Shown piece by piece: positions 28,895 to 39,869 of a DNA stretch of 64,000 nucleotides. How positions within the stretch are numbered: the first letter of the stretch is position 1; every line of letters begins with the position of its first letter. A model generated the notes under the pieces. That model saw nothing but the letters and a program-made list of their open reading frames with translations, searched no databases and was not told the DNA's origin. Location of the stretch: NCBI GenBank assembly GCA_964523145.1, contig CAZFYB010000005.1:560-64559 (forward strand), given 5' to 3'. A program made the translations under genes and the position numbers. Source of the DNA: an uncultured Candidatus Saccharibacteria bacterium (GTDB lineage: Bacteria > Patescibacteriota > Saccharimonadia > Saccharimonadales > Saccharimonadaceae).

Positions 28895-29965
28895 GTGCCA
28901 AAAATTTCACTCAACATCGATGAACTCACCACCGAGCAAAAAGAACTCGATGCTTTTTTGGCGCGTCCTGATGCATATAGCGACCCTGATTTCTCGAAAA
29001 AGAATAAACGGTTAATGGAGCTCCAAACTATCCTTGAAAAAGCCCACCTGCGTGAAACTCTTGAAACGCAGCTTATTGAGGCGAAAGAACTTATGGGTGG
29101 TAACGATGAACTCGCTGACTTGGCTAAGCTCGAAGCTAGTGATGCCGAAAAACAACTTGCTAAACTCGAAGAAGAACTTTTCCTCATGCTGGCGCCAAAA
29201 GACCCTAACGATGATAAAAACGTCATTGTTGAAATTCGAGCTGGTGCTGGGGGTGATGAAGCAAGCTTATTTGCCGCCGAACTGTTCCGTATGTACCTTC
29301 GCTACTGCGAAGCCCATAACCTCAAAACCGAAATCATTAGCGAAAGCGCCAACGATACCGGTGGCTATAAAGAAGTTATTTTTGGTGTTCGTGGTGATAG
29401 TCCATACTCACAACTGAAATATGAGTCAGGTGTACACCGCGTGCAACGTGTACCGGCTACCGAAAGCCAAGGGCGTATCCACACGAGTACTATCACCGTA
29501 GCTGTGCTTCCGGAAGCTGAAGAAACCGATATTGAAATCGGGCCAAATGACCTTAAAGTCGATGTCTACCGCGCTGGTGGCCATGGCGGGCAATCAGTCA
29601 ACACAACCGACTCTGCGGTGCGTATCACCCACCTTCCTTCTGGCCTCGTGGTGACCAACCAAGACGAAAAATCGCAAATTAAAAACAAAGAAAAAGCTAT
29701 GAGCGTCCTTCGCTCTCGCCTGTTACAACAAAAAATTGACGCCGAAAATGCCAAGCTCGATGCCGAGCGCCGCGGGTTAATTGGTTCAGGTGATCGTTCG
29801 GAAAAAATCCGTACCTATAATTTCCCTCAAGACCGTATTACCGACCATCGTATTGGCTATTCGCGCTCTGCTATTCCACAAGCAATGAATGGGCAGATTG
29901 ATGACATAATTGAGCACTTACAAGCATATGAACGAGAACTTGCCGTTAGCACCACTGACAATTAA
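28895..29965 (+). CDS. prfA: Peptide chain release factor 1
   Basis: PAT tripeptide ([10 protein letters not shown]), [13 protein letters not shown]; GTG start with AAGGAG SD. Confidence 0.96.
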   Translation: MPKISLNIDELTTEQKELDAFLARPDAYSDPDFSKKNKRLMELQTILEKAHLRETLETQLIEAKELMGGNDELADLAKLEASDAEKQLAKLEEELFLMLAPKDPNDDKNVIVEIRAGAGGDEASLFAAELFRMYLRYCEAHNLKTEIISESANDTGGYKEVIFGVRGDSPYSQLKYESGVHRVQRVPATESQGRIHTSTITVAVLPEAEETDIEIGPNDLKVDVYRAGGHGGQSVNTTDSAVRITHLPSGLVVTNQDEKSQIKNKEKAMSVLRSRLLQQKIDAENAKLDAERRGLIGSGDRSEKIRTYNFPQDRITDHRIGYSRSAIPQAMNGQIDDIIEHLQAYERELAVSTTDN

Positions 29966-30785
29966 GGATTGGCTTGAGGACGCCACGCGTCAGCTTGTTT
30001 TTGAAGGTATCCCTTCGGCGCGGCTCGATGCTGAGCTATTACTTTCCCACACCCTTCGCCAATCACGTACCTGGCTGTACGGACATAACGATGAGATCCT
30101 TGATGATCGTACGCTCGAAATTGCCAGGGCTCGACTTGATTTACGCCTTGACCGCGTACCGGTTGCCTATATTATTGGCCACAAAGAGTTTTACGGTCGG
30201 CAATTTAAAGTAACCACCGCAACCCTCATTCCCCGCCCTGAATCTGAAGCATTGATCGAGCTGCTCTCCCAGGCAGTGCCAAAAAACCTGGCTTTACTGA
30301 CAGAAAAACCATTGCGATTGGTTGACGTTGGCACCGGGAGTGGCATTCTAGGTATTACTGCAAAGCTCGAATACCCCGAACTCGAGGTAACCCTCAGCGA
30401 CACCAGCCGTCACGCCCTTAAAGTTGCTGAGCAAAATGCCAAAAGCTTGGATGCGCACGTTACCATCCTTCAAGGTAACCTTCTTGCCCAATACCCCTTT
30501 GTGGCTGATATTATTATCGCTAACCTGCCGTACGTTGATAAAGAATGGGAACGTTCACCCGAAACCCAGCACGAACCAGCTGGTGCGCTCTTTGCCGCCC
30601 AACACGGCTTAGCACTTATCTACGAACTGATTACTCAAACGAAAACCAAACTCGTTCAAGGTGGCAACCTTATCCTTGAAGCCGACCCTATGCAACATAC
30701 AGCAATTATAAAAGCAGCCGCACAAAGCGGTTTAGTCCATGTTGAAACAAACGACTACGGGATTCTTTTACAGAAACTTAAATAG
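29928..30785 (+). CDS. prmC: Release factor glutamine methyltransferase
   Basis: [32 protein letters not shown] (NPPY-like); follows prfA. Start uncertain. Confidence 0.9.
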   Translation: MNENLPLAPLTIKDWLEDATRQLVFEGIPSARLDAELLLSHTLRQSRTWLYGHNDEILDDRTLEIARARLDLRLDRVPVAYIIGHKEFYGRQFKVTTATLIPRPESEALIELLSQAVPKNLALLTEKPLRLVDVGTGSGILGITAKLEYPELEVTLSDTSRHALKVAEQNAKSLDAHVTILQGNLLAQYPFVADIIIANLPYVDKEWERSPETQHEPAGALFAAQHGLALIYELITQTKTKLVQGGNLILEADPMQHTAIIKAAAQSGLVHVETNDYGILLQKLK

Positions 30786-31578
30786 CCGTACCAACGCGGT
30801 TAAACACGAGGAGTAGTACTGCGATAACACTTATCGTGAACAGTAGCGGCAAAATTAAATCCGACATACGAATTTTTGAATGGTGATGGAAAGAGTCGTA
30901 CGATTTATACGCCAAAAAGCTAATAAGAGTCGTAATGATGGCTACCTGCGGTAACTGCAAACTTGGGACAAGTGGTAGCGAATATGCAATCGTCCAGTGA
31001 TACGCCACCCAGGCAATCTCTGCCAGCACCAAACCCCACGCCAAGCTCAGGAAAAGCCCGTGCGTTTCATCATCATAAGAACTTAAAATATGACGTGCGG
31101 CTGTGTAGCCAATCAACCACATACCAATGACGACAACAGATACCGGCCAGTTAAACGAAATGGCGAATAGTGCCGAAGTACCCAACAATACCGCTGCACC
31201 CGCCTGAGCGGCGATGTACGTGCGTTTCGAACGTGGTTTGATAAACAGCAACCACACAATATAGACCGCCGTCAGCGCACCTAAAAGTACCAATTTTCGT
31301 GGTTCGTCAATTGCTGCAACGTTAATAGTGTACATGTGCAGCACAACGCTGACGCTGACGATAAAGTCGACCATGTTAGAGCGTAAGTTTGCCCACCAAA
31401 AACGAGGGCGAACAGCAAACACTCGCCACTTACTCACCACAACCAAGGTAATAGCCAGCCCAACTGAGCCGGTAAAGTAAATGACTACCCCAACACCAAC
31501 CGCGAGGCCGATATTTAGTACCATGTAGATAAGTTCACTGAGGAATGAACGTTTGCGGACTAGTTTCAGTAACTCCAT
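30778..31578 (-). CDS. Multi-pass membrane protein of unknown function
   Basis: About 8 hydrophobic segments; no catalytic motif recognised. Confidence 0.75.
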   Translation of the reverse strand: MELLKLVRKRSFLSELIYMVLNIGLAVGVGVVIYFTGSVGLAITLVVVSKWRVFAVRPRFWWANLRSNMVDFIVSVSVVLHMYTINVAAIDEPRKLVLLGALTAVYIVWLLFIKPRSKRTYIAAQAGAAVLLGTSALFAISFNWPVSVVVIGMWLIGYTAARHILSSYDDETHGLFLSLAWGLVLAEIAWVAYHWTIAYSLPLVPSLQLPQVAIITTLISFLAYKSYDSFHHHSKIRMSDLILPLLFTISVIAVLLLVFNRVGTAI

Positions 31579-31600
31579 ACGTGCCTTTTAGTATACCATG

Positions 31601-33247
31601 CTACTGCACGATAGACGCGTCACCAATAATGATAACGAAATCAGTTTCTCCTACAACGCTGACCGGTGGCGCAGTGGTTTTAATGGTCACGTTGTACAGT
31701 TCTTTTAGCTTTGCGGCGGTAGCGGTTTTTTCAGGGTTCATTTGGTAAATTTCAATAGCAGCATAGGTTCCTTCGGGTGCGTTCGCTACTTCATCAATCA
31801 TGAAGCCGGCATCTTCAAGTGTATCGGCCAAAGTTTGGGCTACGCCCGCAGTTTCTGAACCGTTATACACCGAAACATGCGGCTCTTCTTTCACAAACGG
31901 ATCACTGGTAAGGTTCTTTTGAACGTAGGCGGCAATATCACTGTAGTTATACATACCGGCTACTGGTCGAACAATACTTTGGCCGTTAATACTATCGTTC
32001 GTTACGAGCATATTACCCTCTTCATTCAGGCTGAGTGAAATAATGCTCTCGGTTGGAATCTTTGTTCCCAGGTCCATAAGGGTACGGATTTCTTTTGTTT
32101 CAATGTTAGTGCGCAAGTTATTCCCCAGTGCATCAATCAGGCCAGTGACAGCGCCTAAGTTTGTCAGCGTGCCAGCACTCACCGCTTTTTCGCGGAGCGC
32201 CTTAATAATAAGCTGTTGGTTCTTTTCACGGTCGAAGTTACCTGCTGGTAATCCATAGCCGCCAGCAGCATTTCGAGCTCGAGCAAGCGCTAAGGCGTGC
32301 TCACCATCAAGGTGGGCTACTTCACCATTTTTATAGTTTACGTAGTAACAGGTGTAGTTACATTTCCAGTCAAAGTTTCGGTCAAGAATACCGCGTTCGT
32401 CAGAGCTTTGAATAGTCACATCAACACCACCGACTGCATTCACGGCATCTACCACAGCGGTAAAGTTCAGGTGTACATAATACTGAATATCAAGACCGGT
32501 AATCTCACCAACTTTTGCTTGTAATGCGGCCGCGCCGGCTGGTTCGTCACTCCCATCATCAGAAGCACAGAAATAAACAGCATTAATTTTACCCTGGTTG
32601 CCGACAGTACATGTTTCCTGGTAATCAACCCACATATCGCGCGGCAAGCTTAACATATACGCATCATTTTTCGTTTGATCGATACTGACTACCATAATCG
32701 AGTCGGTCAGGTTCGCGCCGCCGTGTTCACCACCTTCATCATCTTCGGCTGTACCAAATACTAAAAAGTTACTTCGGCCATTAGCGTCTTGCTTTAGCGG
32801 CTCATTTTGAACAATGTCAAAAAAGTTACCTTGGAACACATTATTACTTGCCAAGAGACCTTTGATAAATACATAGCCACCAATGCCGAGCAGAATAACA
32901 ACAAGGGCAATCACCACCCATTTAATAATTCGGCGCACCTTGTTTTTCGGTTTTTTGTTTTTACGGTCACGTTTCGCCTGTTTTCGCTGTTTTTTGGCTG
33001 TTTTTTTATCTCGCGGATCTAAAACGTCAATTTCACGCAGTGAATCATCAATATCAGTCCGACCATCAATAACCTTGCCCCTACGAGGGGTTCCGAGCAT
33101 TTCCGCTCCAGCATTACCGCCAGTATGAAGGGTACGATCAATAGGCTTTACGGCTGCATTAGGGTTTTTTACCCCGTGCAACTCGCCTAATTGGTTACCA
33201 GGCCGACGGGGTATAAACCCATCTATCGATGACTTGTTATTATTCAT
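31601..33247 (-). CDS. LCP (LytR-CpsA-Psr) cell-wall glycopolymer transferase with LytR C-terminal domain
   Basis: Single TM, TDSIMVV, SLPRD, KINA, ALARAR, REKNQQ; C-terminal VSVYNGSETAGVA. Confidence 0.88.
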   Translation of the reverse strand: MNNNKSSIDGFIPRRPGNQLGELHGVKNPNAAVKPIDRTLHTGGNAGAEMLGTPRRGKVIDGRTDIDDSLREIDVLDPRDKKTAKKQRKQAKRDRKNKKPKNKVRRIIKWVVIALVVILLGIGGYVFIKGLLASNNVFQGNFFDIVQNEPLKQDANGRSNFLVFGTAEDDEGGEHGGANLTDSIMVVSIDQTKNDAYMLSLPRDMWVDYQETCTVGNQGKINAVYFCASDDGSDEPAGAAALQAKVGEITGLDIQYYVHLNFTAVVDAVNAVGGVDVTIQSSDERGILDRNFDWKCNYTCYYVNYKNGEVAHLDGEHALALARARNAAGGYGLPAGNFDREKNQQLIIKALREKAVSAGTLTNLGAVTGLIDALGNNLRTNIETKEIRTLMDLGTKIPTESIISLSLNEEGNMLVTNDSINGQSIVRPVAGMYNYSDIAAYVQKNLTSDPFVKEEPHVSVYNGSETAGVAQTLADTLEDAGFMIDEVANAPEGTYAAIEIYQMNPEKTATAAKLKELYNVTIKTTAPPVSVVGETDFVIIIGDASIVQ

Positions 33248-33359
33248 AAATACTCAGATTATTATACCTGATTGTGCTTACGATTTGAAGCATAAGTAAT
33301 GTGTAAAAATTACACAAGTAGCGTTATAAGTAAGCCTAAGCTATAATGGATTCCAGTTC

Positions 33360-33968
33360 ATGGAAGCCTCCTTTTTCACTCGTCACCCCGTGCTTAAAGA
33401 CCTGCTCAGCCTGGTCATTTTTGTTATATGCGTGGTTATCGGTACGATTATTATCAATACCTATATCTTTCGTAGTTTTAACGTGGTCGGGCCAAGTATG
33501 GAAGAAACCATGCACACCGGGGACCGTTTAATCGTCAACCGCCTGCCTGTTACGCTTTCGCAAATTCAAGGTCAGTCATATATACCAGAGCGCGGCCAAA
33601 TTATTGTATTTAAAAATCCCCATTTTAACCGTGGTATCGAAGATGAATACATTGTAAAGCGAGTTATCGGCCTGCCCGGTGAACGCGTCACTATTCAAGA
33701 CGGCCACTATGTGGTGTATAACGAAGAATTTCCAAATGGGTTTAACCCGGATGATGAAAATAACGGCGAGCCCGGCGAAGTCACCAGTGGTGCAGCCGAT
33801 CAAATCGTCCCCGAAGGTGAGTTATTTGTATCTGGTGACCATCGTGCAGGTAATTTCTCATTCGACTCTCGTAATGGCGACCAAGGTATGGGTACAATTC
33901 CCCTTTACGATATTGTCGGGCCAGTCGGCGTACGACTCTTCCCATTCAACCACATTCGTACGTTTTAG
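33360..33968 (+). CDS. lepB: Signal peptidase I
   Basis: GPSMEETM (Ser), YIVKRVIGLPG (Lys), GDHR...SFDSR. Confidence 0.92.
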   Translation: MEASFFTRHPVLKDLLSLVIFVICVVIGTIIINTYIFRSFNVVGPSMEETMHTGDRLIVNRLPVTLSQIQGQSYIPERGQIIVFKNPHFNRGIEDEYIVKRVIGLPGERVTIQDGHYVVYNEEFPNGFNPDDENNGEPGEVTSGAADQIVPEGELFVSGDHRAGNFSFDSRNGDQGMGTIPLYDIVGPVGVRLFPFNHIRTF

Positions 33969-34865
33969 CTATTCGCCGAGGAGTTTTTGAATACGTTCAA
34001 GATCGTCGGTATTACCGAACTTAATCACAATACTTCCGGCACCCTTGCCGTTCACTCGAATAGCAACATCAGTTTTAAGGCGTTCACGAAGCGTTGCAAT
34101 GCTTGCCTCGTGGTGCGATTCCATAGGTTGTTTTGACGGTTCTTCGTCTTGTTGGCGAGCTTTCTTGATATTCACCATGTACTGCTCAACTTTACGCGCA
34201 CTCCACTCTTCAGCGATAATGCGTGGTACGAGTTCAGCTATCAGTGACTCGTCTTGACCAATGAGTGGACGCGCTTGACCTTCGCGTAACTTACCTTCAG
34301 CAATCGCGACAATAACTTCTTTAGGAAGTTTTAATAAACGCATCGTGTTAATAACTGCCGATGGCGATTTATGCACTCTTTTGGCAATGGCTTCTGCCGA
34401 TAAGTTGAACTGGTCACGAAGTTTAGCGTAAGCCGTAGCCGTTTCAATAGTATTAAGGTCGCGGCGCTGGATATTCTCAATAAGTGAAACTTCAAGCTGG
34501 TGCTGACCGCTCATGGTACGAACAACTACGGGGATTTCCGTTAGCCCTGCCAGTTTCGAGGCACGAAAACGCCGCTCACCAGCAACTATCTCAAAGCCAT
34601 CACCTTTTGCCGTTACGACAATTGGTTGAATCACCCCATGCTCGCGGATAGAATCGGCCAACTCTTCAAGTGCCTCTTTATCGAAGCTGCGGCGTGGTTG
34701 ATCGGGGTTTGCCTGTAGTTTGCTGAGTGGTAACGTTTTTTGCTCACTAATTTTTTGATCTTGGCTGGCCGTTGGGTCAAATGTGTCATCAAGCAGATCG
34801 GTAGGAATAAGCGACTCGAAGCCGCGCCCTAATCCTCTGCCTAATCCTTTTTTAGCCGCACTCAT
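33969..34865 (-). CDS. parB: Chromosome partitioning protein ParB
   Basis: NPDQPRR, GVIQPIVV, VAGERRFRAS, LIENIQRRDL, HTH. Confidence 0.94.
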   Translation of the reverse strand: MSAAKKGLGRGLGRGFESLIPTDLLDDTFDPTASQDQKISEQKTLPLSKLQANPDQPRRSFDKEALEELADSIREHGVIQPIVVTAKGDGFEIVAGERRFRASKLAGLTEIPVVVRTMSGQHQLEVSLIENIQRRDLNTIETATAYAKLRDQFNLSAEAIAKRVHKSPSAVINTMRLLKLPKEVIVAIAEGKLREGQARPLIGQDESLIAELVPRIIAEEWSARKVEQYMVNIKKARQQDEEPSKQPMESHHEASIATLRERLKTDVAIRVNGKGAGSIVIKFGNTDDLERIQKLLGE

Positions 34866-35635
34866 ACTGCCGCCTCTACACGGGTAATAACTTCTTTAGC
34901 GAGTGCTTTGTACGCCCGTGAACCCTTACTAAACTTATCGTAGACACCAATGGGAATGCCATGGCTCGGCGCTTCAGCCAGGCGAATATTACGAGGGATG
35001 GTAGATTCGAACACCTTACCTGGGAAGTGGCGCTTAATCTCGGCGTGCACTTGGTTACTGAGGCTCGTACGGCTATCAAGCATTGTTGGCAGTACCCCTA
35101 ATAGTTCAAGGCCAGGGTTCATACCTTTACGCACCAGTTTCATGGTTTCGAGCAGTTGCCCTAATCCTTCTAGAGCGTAAAATTCGGCTTGTACTGGCAA
35201 TAATACGTACTTTGCCGCAATAAGGCCATTCACCGTCAGCAAACTTAAGCTTGGCGGGCTATCGATAATCACGTAGTCGTAGGCAATACCGGTTGAATCG
35301 ATTGCGAGTTTTAAGCGTGAAAACCTTTTTTCAGTTTGCGCTAGCTCTACTTCGGTATTTGCCAAAATAGAGGTTGTTGGCGCAATCCATAAGTTTTTAT
35401 GTTCGGTGGGGATAATAACTTGTTCAAGCGTGGCTCGAGCCGTAATAACGTCTACCACCGTAGCTTTGAGCTCTGTTTTATCAATACCGAGGCCACTGGT
35501 TGCATTACCTTGAGGGTCAAAATCAACTAAAAGCGTCTTTTTACCCGCTTTTGCCAAAAAGTAGGCCAAGTTAATGGAAGTGGTCGTTTTCCCCACTCCT
35601 CCCTTTTGGTTGGTTACGGCAATAACAGTCGTCAT
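34862..35635 (-). CDS. parA: Chromosome partitioning ATPase ParA/Soj
   Basis: NQKGGVGKTT, DFDPQGNAT, DSPPSL, IPRNIRLAEAPSHG. Confidence 0.95.
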   Translation of the reverse strand: MTTVIAVTNQKGGVGKTTTSINLAYFLAKAGKKTLLVDFDPQGNATSGLGIDKTELKATVVDVITARATLEQVIIPTEHKNLWIAPTTSILANTEVELAQTEKRFSRLKLAIDSTGIAYDYVIIDSPPSLSLLTVNGLIAAKYVLLPVQAEFYALEGLGQLLETMKLVRKGMNPGLELLGVLPTMLDSRTSLSNQVHAEIKRHFPGKVFESTIPRNIRLAEAPSHGIPIGVYDKFSKGSRAYKALAKEVITRVEAAV

Positions 35636-35744
35636 AGAATCTAGAAATACCCTCTGTTCATTACCTGTAATTATAGCATGAGCGGCGAATGTGCGGTATA
35701 AAAAAGAAACCCTTGTAAGGGTTCCTTTTTATTGTTGGCTCAGA

Positions 35745-36053
35745 CTACTTGATTGAGGTAATTTCAATCTTTGAATACTTTTGGCGGTGGCCGTTCACTT
35801 TGTGAACTCGCTTTTTCGCCTTGTATCGGATGACCTTGATTTTGTCACCCTTAATTTCGTCTTCGACTACCTTTGCGGTAATCTTCACATCTTTGACCGT
35901 TGGAGCGCCGATAGAGATATTCTCGCCATCAATTACCAACAGTGCGTCAAGTGTGAGCTCTTTAGTTCCTTCCGGGAGGAGGTCCACCAGGAGGGTCTCT
36001 TTTTCGGCAACAATAAATTGTTTTCCGCCGATCTTAACGACTGCTTTTGTCAT
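35745..36053 (-). CDS. rplU: 50S ribosomal protein L21
   Basis: IGGKQFIV, GHRQKYSKIEI. Confidence 0.93.
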   Translation of the reverse strand: MTKAVVKIGGKQFIVAEKETLLVDLLPEGTKELTLDALLVIDGENISIGAPTVKDVKITAKVVEDEIKGDKIKVIRYKAKKRVHKVNGHRQKYSKIEITSIK

Positions 36054-36116
36054 ACATTTCCTTTGTTATTAACAATCAGTATGTAATTGTAACAGAGATG
36101 GAGTAGATTGTAAAGG

Positions 36117-37067
36117 TTAGATCTGTCCACCACCAGTAGCAACGATCACTAACGCGCCAAGCGCCAGCATACCCCAAAATGTGTACATTCCATGGTGCAA
36201 TTTCCAGCTTCGCTGCCACGTTTTCGGGAGCTTGTCGCGGTAATGATGAGCGGCAGCACCTACAATTGCAACAACAGCAAATAATCCTAGTATGAGTATC
36301 GTTACAGGGCTCAACGATTGAACCGCGCTCCCAAAGTACGTTAACGGATTACTTCCCTCACCTGATACGGTCGAGCCAGTAAATGTTGGCGATGCAGCAG
36401 TTGCCCCTTGAGTCGCAGCTACAGTTACTGGTGATCCATAAAACGCTACCACCAGCACCGTATCGCGGCCCTCAAGTGTTCCTTCAACTACCGCAAACCC
36501 TACTTCGCTATATTTTCCATTCAGCACATTCTCGCGGTGTGTTGGTGAATTCATCCAGGCAGCAACCGTTGCATCGGCCGTTGGGTAATTTTTTGCAAGG
36601 TTCTCGCCCGCAACACTATAGTTATACCCGGCATCACCAAGCCATTTCCAGGGGTGTACACCAGTTGGTGAGGTATGCGCCCAATAATTGTTGGTAAACA
36701 TGTCCTGCGCCTTTAGAAAGGCTGCTTGAGCGAGTTGATCGTTCAATGTAAGTGCCGCTACGCCTTGCTTGCTTCGCTCCCCATTCGTATCGGCCAATAG
36801 CTCAACAGTATCGATATCCGAAACACGGCCAAGGATCTCGAAATGACCAGTGGTTGCGAACCCGTATATCACCTGAGCGAGCAGGGCGATCGCCAGAACA
36901 ACAGTCACACCAGACAGGCGCGATAGATGCGGTCGGTAGTCGTTTGCCTTGTGTGGCACAAGTGCACGTTTTGTGTGACGCCGTACTTTTGCCACCAGCG
37001 AAGTAGGCTTCGCTTTAACTGAACGAGCCACAACAGATTTTTTTACTTGTTTCTTTTTAGTGGTCAC
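36117..37067 (-). CDS. CAP/SCP domain membrane protein
   Basis: LAQAAFLKAQDM, YWAH, AGENLA, WMNSPTHRENVL, EVGFAV; N- and C-terminal TMs. Confidence 0.88.
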   Translation of the reverse strand: MTTKKKQVKKSVVARSVKAKPTSLVAKVRRHTKRALVPHKANDYRPHLSRLSGVTVVLAIALLAQVIYGFATTGHFEILGRVSDIDTVELLADTNGERSKQGVAALTLNDQLAQAAFLKAQDMFTNNYWAHTSPTGVHPWKWLGDAGYNYSVAGENLAKNYPTADATVAAWMNSPTHRENVLNGKYSEVGFAVVEGTLEGRDTVLVVAFYGSPVTVAATQGATAASPTFTGSTVSGEGSNPLTYFGSAVQSLSPVTILILGLFAVVAIVGAAAHHYRDKLPKTWQRSWKLHHGMYTFWGMLALGALVIVATGGGQI

Positions 37068-37131
37068 GGTTGCCTACAGTATACCAAAAAGCCCTCACAA
37101 GCGTAAGGGCTTTATAGTTTATAGCAAATTA

Positions 37132-39762
37132 TTAACTATCTTCGCGGCGGTTACGCGCAGCGGCGATAATCCACCAAGCAAGCGCTGCAAGTCCGGCGAT
37201 AATCACAATCCACCAGTACCAAGCAAGTCCCATCCAGCGACCGTTGTTCTCATCGCTATTTACGGCTTGAGCAAGGGTGTCTTCGGTGGTGGCACCGGCT
37301 ACATCTTCGGCAGTAGCACTTTCGTCAGTACTTTCACCAAGTACAGCCACGTTTGTAAATCCAGGACCAACTATTGTTGGCGTTGCAGCAACAGCTGTTG
37401 TCTGTGGACCAGTTCCGTTTGCGCCATCAGCAGTTGTGTTCGTACCTTCTACTTCTTCGCCTGAGTTATCAACGAAGCTTGTGTAAGTAAAACTAAATGT
37501 ACGTGTCGTTACGTTACCTACTGCATCAGTCACGGTAAGGTCAAATTCGTAAGTGCCGTCTTGCAACACCGTAAAGTCAGGCTCAAGTACATTTGCATCA
37601 GAAATCTCAACACCATCAAGGTCTCCACTGGTTTGAGTCCATTCAGGAATTCCAGCCCCTGCATCTACTTCTGGAGTTATAACATTACCGAATGTAGTGT
37701 AGTTAAGAATCTCCACTTCAGGTGCCGTGTTGTCTACCGTAAAGCTAAAGTATTTTACCGAATTGGCAGTATCAAGGTTACCTGCGGCATCCCGCGCAGC
37801 AAGTCGAATCTGGTATACGCCATCATCAAGAAGTGTCGTGTCGAGCGATCGTGAAATTGAAGCAGCTGCACCGCTCACGTTCGTTTGGCCACCTGTTGTC
37901 CAACCACCTGCAACCGCTTCGCGATCGCTACTATGTGGAGCACCATCGCTTAAATCAACTCCGTCTTTATAGAGTGATAGATTGTAGTGACCAAATCGCA
38001 CGTTATCTGAAACTGAACCAGTGACTGTTACAGTTCCTCTTACCACTGTCGGTAATGAGTTGAGTATTACTTCAGGTGCAGCAGTATCGAAGTCAAAGGT
38101 TATTGTTGAAGAATTTCCGGCTGTATCTCGTACGGTTACAGTATTTTGCCCCTGGAGTATATGCGCCGGGTTAATGTTAGACCAGTTGAGGTCAGCCCAC
38201 GTACCAGTGCGGTTGTATAGGTTACCGTTAACATCAACTTCTTTAAGGTTACCGTTAACATCATGTAGCTTAAAGCTAATGTACGTGAATGGATTTGAGG
38301 CAGATGATCCGTCAACCATTGATGTACTAGTGCTCTTGATAGTAACGCTAGGAATGTTGTTATCGATAGTAAAGAAGTGGTAGCTGGTGTTTGAATTTCC
38401 AGTTGCATCGCTTGATACAATCTTTAGGCCATACTTTCCACTTAGCGCAGAAGTGTTAAAGACGAGCTTAGGTGAAGCACCGTAACGTACGTTGCCTGCT
38501 CCATTAGTATTGTCCTTAACCCAGTTTCCATATGAGCCATCCCAGTTAGCTTTAAATAGCTCGATGTAAGCGCCTTGTGGAGCACTACCTTCATCAGATA
38601 GAGTTGCCTGGAAAGTGGTTGGGTTAGCGCCAGGGATCAATACAGCTGAGCTTGATGCAGTGTTTTCAGGCAATTCTACTCCATTAGCATTAACCGTATT
38701 CGTAGGACCAGTCGAATCAAAGTTTAGTGTTACAGGACTAGACCATTCGGACGATAAACCTGTCGTTGTATTAAGAGCTTTCACGCGATACGTATATGAA
38801 CCATCTCCGTAAATCGAGAACTCACCTTGCGCTGGTACGTTATTTTTTACAAGCCAAGTATTGTTGAAATTATTCGATACTTGCTTTGTGCCACCTGGGT
38901 AAATAATTTCAGTAATATACTTAGCGCCACTAACAGCATCAAAGTTTAGCGCTACGTTACCCGTAATGAAACTTGGACCTACAGTAGTTCCACTTGCAAT
39001 CACCGCCGATCCACGGTTTATGCGAATATTCTGAGGTGTTTCTGGTGCGTATCGCCCAGCTTCGATATTACTCCAACGAACAGCGTAGTCATTTGTTCCA
39101 AAGTTATAATTATTTAAAATTATTCGGCGGAAGTCGACAGTTGGCTCAGTAGCACTGGTACCTACTAAGGAATCATTCACATATACATCAGTTTTTGTCG
39201 AATCAAGTTTATTGATTGCTAATTCAATCGTATTCCAGCCAATAGTTGCTGAAGTTACGTCAATATCGCGCCATCCTCCTGGGTTACTGTCCCAGATACG
39301 CCAGTTAGTAGAAGATGTGGCGGTGTTATACTCCAGGATTGGATACGAGCTAATGGCACCAGAAGTTTCGTGACCAACTCCCCAAAATCCTGCACGTACA
39401 TTTTCAGGCCAAGTTGGGTCGATATATAAATCAGCCTTTAGGGTTTGTGTACCGTTAGCAACTGTTTTCGCAATACCTTCATATTGATAAAAAGTAGAAG
39501 GAGCATCACTAGGCGCATCAACACCTATAGAAAGCGTTTGACGTCCATCGAAAGACTCAGAACCATATCCTCCTGAAGGTGTCGTACGATCAACCGTCCA
39601 ACCGGCAGCAGGATCTACGGTTGTATAGCCAGTACCAGCTACCGCTCCAACCTCTTGTGACAAAATAAACGGCACCGCGGCCGTCAAAGTACTTACTGCT
39701 AATACGAATGCAAGGCTAAAAAGTCCGACTCGTTTATATACTGAAATCAATGTTTGCTTCAT
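37132..39762 (-). CDS. Large cell-surface protein: signal peptide, lectin-like beta-sandwich, Ig-like repeats, C-terminal TM
   Basis: Signal MKQTL...QEVGA; repeated F.(I/V)DN.(I/A)P.V Ig-boundary motifs; acidic/Thr stalk; WMGLAWYWWIVII TM plus RNRR. Start moved to ATG 39762 (AGGAG SD). Confidence 0.8.
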   Translation of the reverse strand: MKQTLISVYKRVGLFSLAFVLAVSTLTAAVPFILSQEVGAVAGTGYTTVDPAAGWTVDRTTPSGGYGSESFDGRQTLSIGVDAPSDAPSTFYQYEGIAKTVANGTQTLKADLYIDPTWPENVRAGFWGVGHETSGAISSYPILEYNTATSSTNWRIWDSNPGGWRDIDVTSATIGWNTIELAINKLDSTKTDVYVNDSLVGTSATEPTVDFRRIILNNYNFGTNDYAVRWSNIEAGRYAPETPQNIRINRGSAVIASGTTVGPSFITGNVALNFDAVSGAKYITEIIYPGGTKQVSNNFNNTWLVKNNVPAQGEFSIYGDGSYTYRVKALNTTTGLSSEWSSPVTLNFDSTGPTNTVNANGVELPENTASSSAVLIPGANPTTFQATLSDEGSAPQGAYIELFKANWDGSYGNWVKDNTNGAGNVRYGASPKLVFNTSALSGKYGLKIVSSDATGNSNTSYHFFTIDNNIPSVTIKSTSTSMVDGSSASNPFTYISFKLHDVNGNLKEVDVNGNLYNRTGTWADLNWSNINPAHILQGQNTVTVRDTAGNSSTITFDFDTAAPEVILNSLPTVVRGTVTVTGSVSDNVRFGHYNLSLYKDGVDLSDGAPHSSDREAVAGGWTTGGQTNVSGAAASISRSLDTTLLDDGVYQIRLAARDAAGNLDTANSVKYFSFTVDNTAPEVEILNYTTFGNVITPEVDAGAGIPEWTQTSGDLDGVEISDANVLEPDFTVLQDGTYEFDLTVTDAVGNVTTRTFSFTYTSFVDNSGEEVEGTNTTADGANGTGPQTTAVAATPTIVGPGFTNVAVLGESTDESATAEDVAGATTEDTLAQAVNSDENNGRWMGLAWYWWIVIIAGLAALAWWIIAAARNRREDS

Positions 39763-39869
39763 CTGACACACTCCTACTTATGAAAAAGCAGTCGTCCACC
39801 TCGACTGTTTACTCGCAGTTTTAAATTGTTAATACAAATCTCAACTTTGTATTTTTCTTAACTTTACCA

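Noticed and set aside
33969-36100. parS sites near parAB
   Set aside because: No TGTTTCACGTGAAACA-like palindrome seen.
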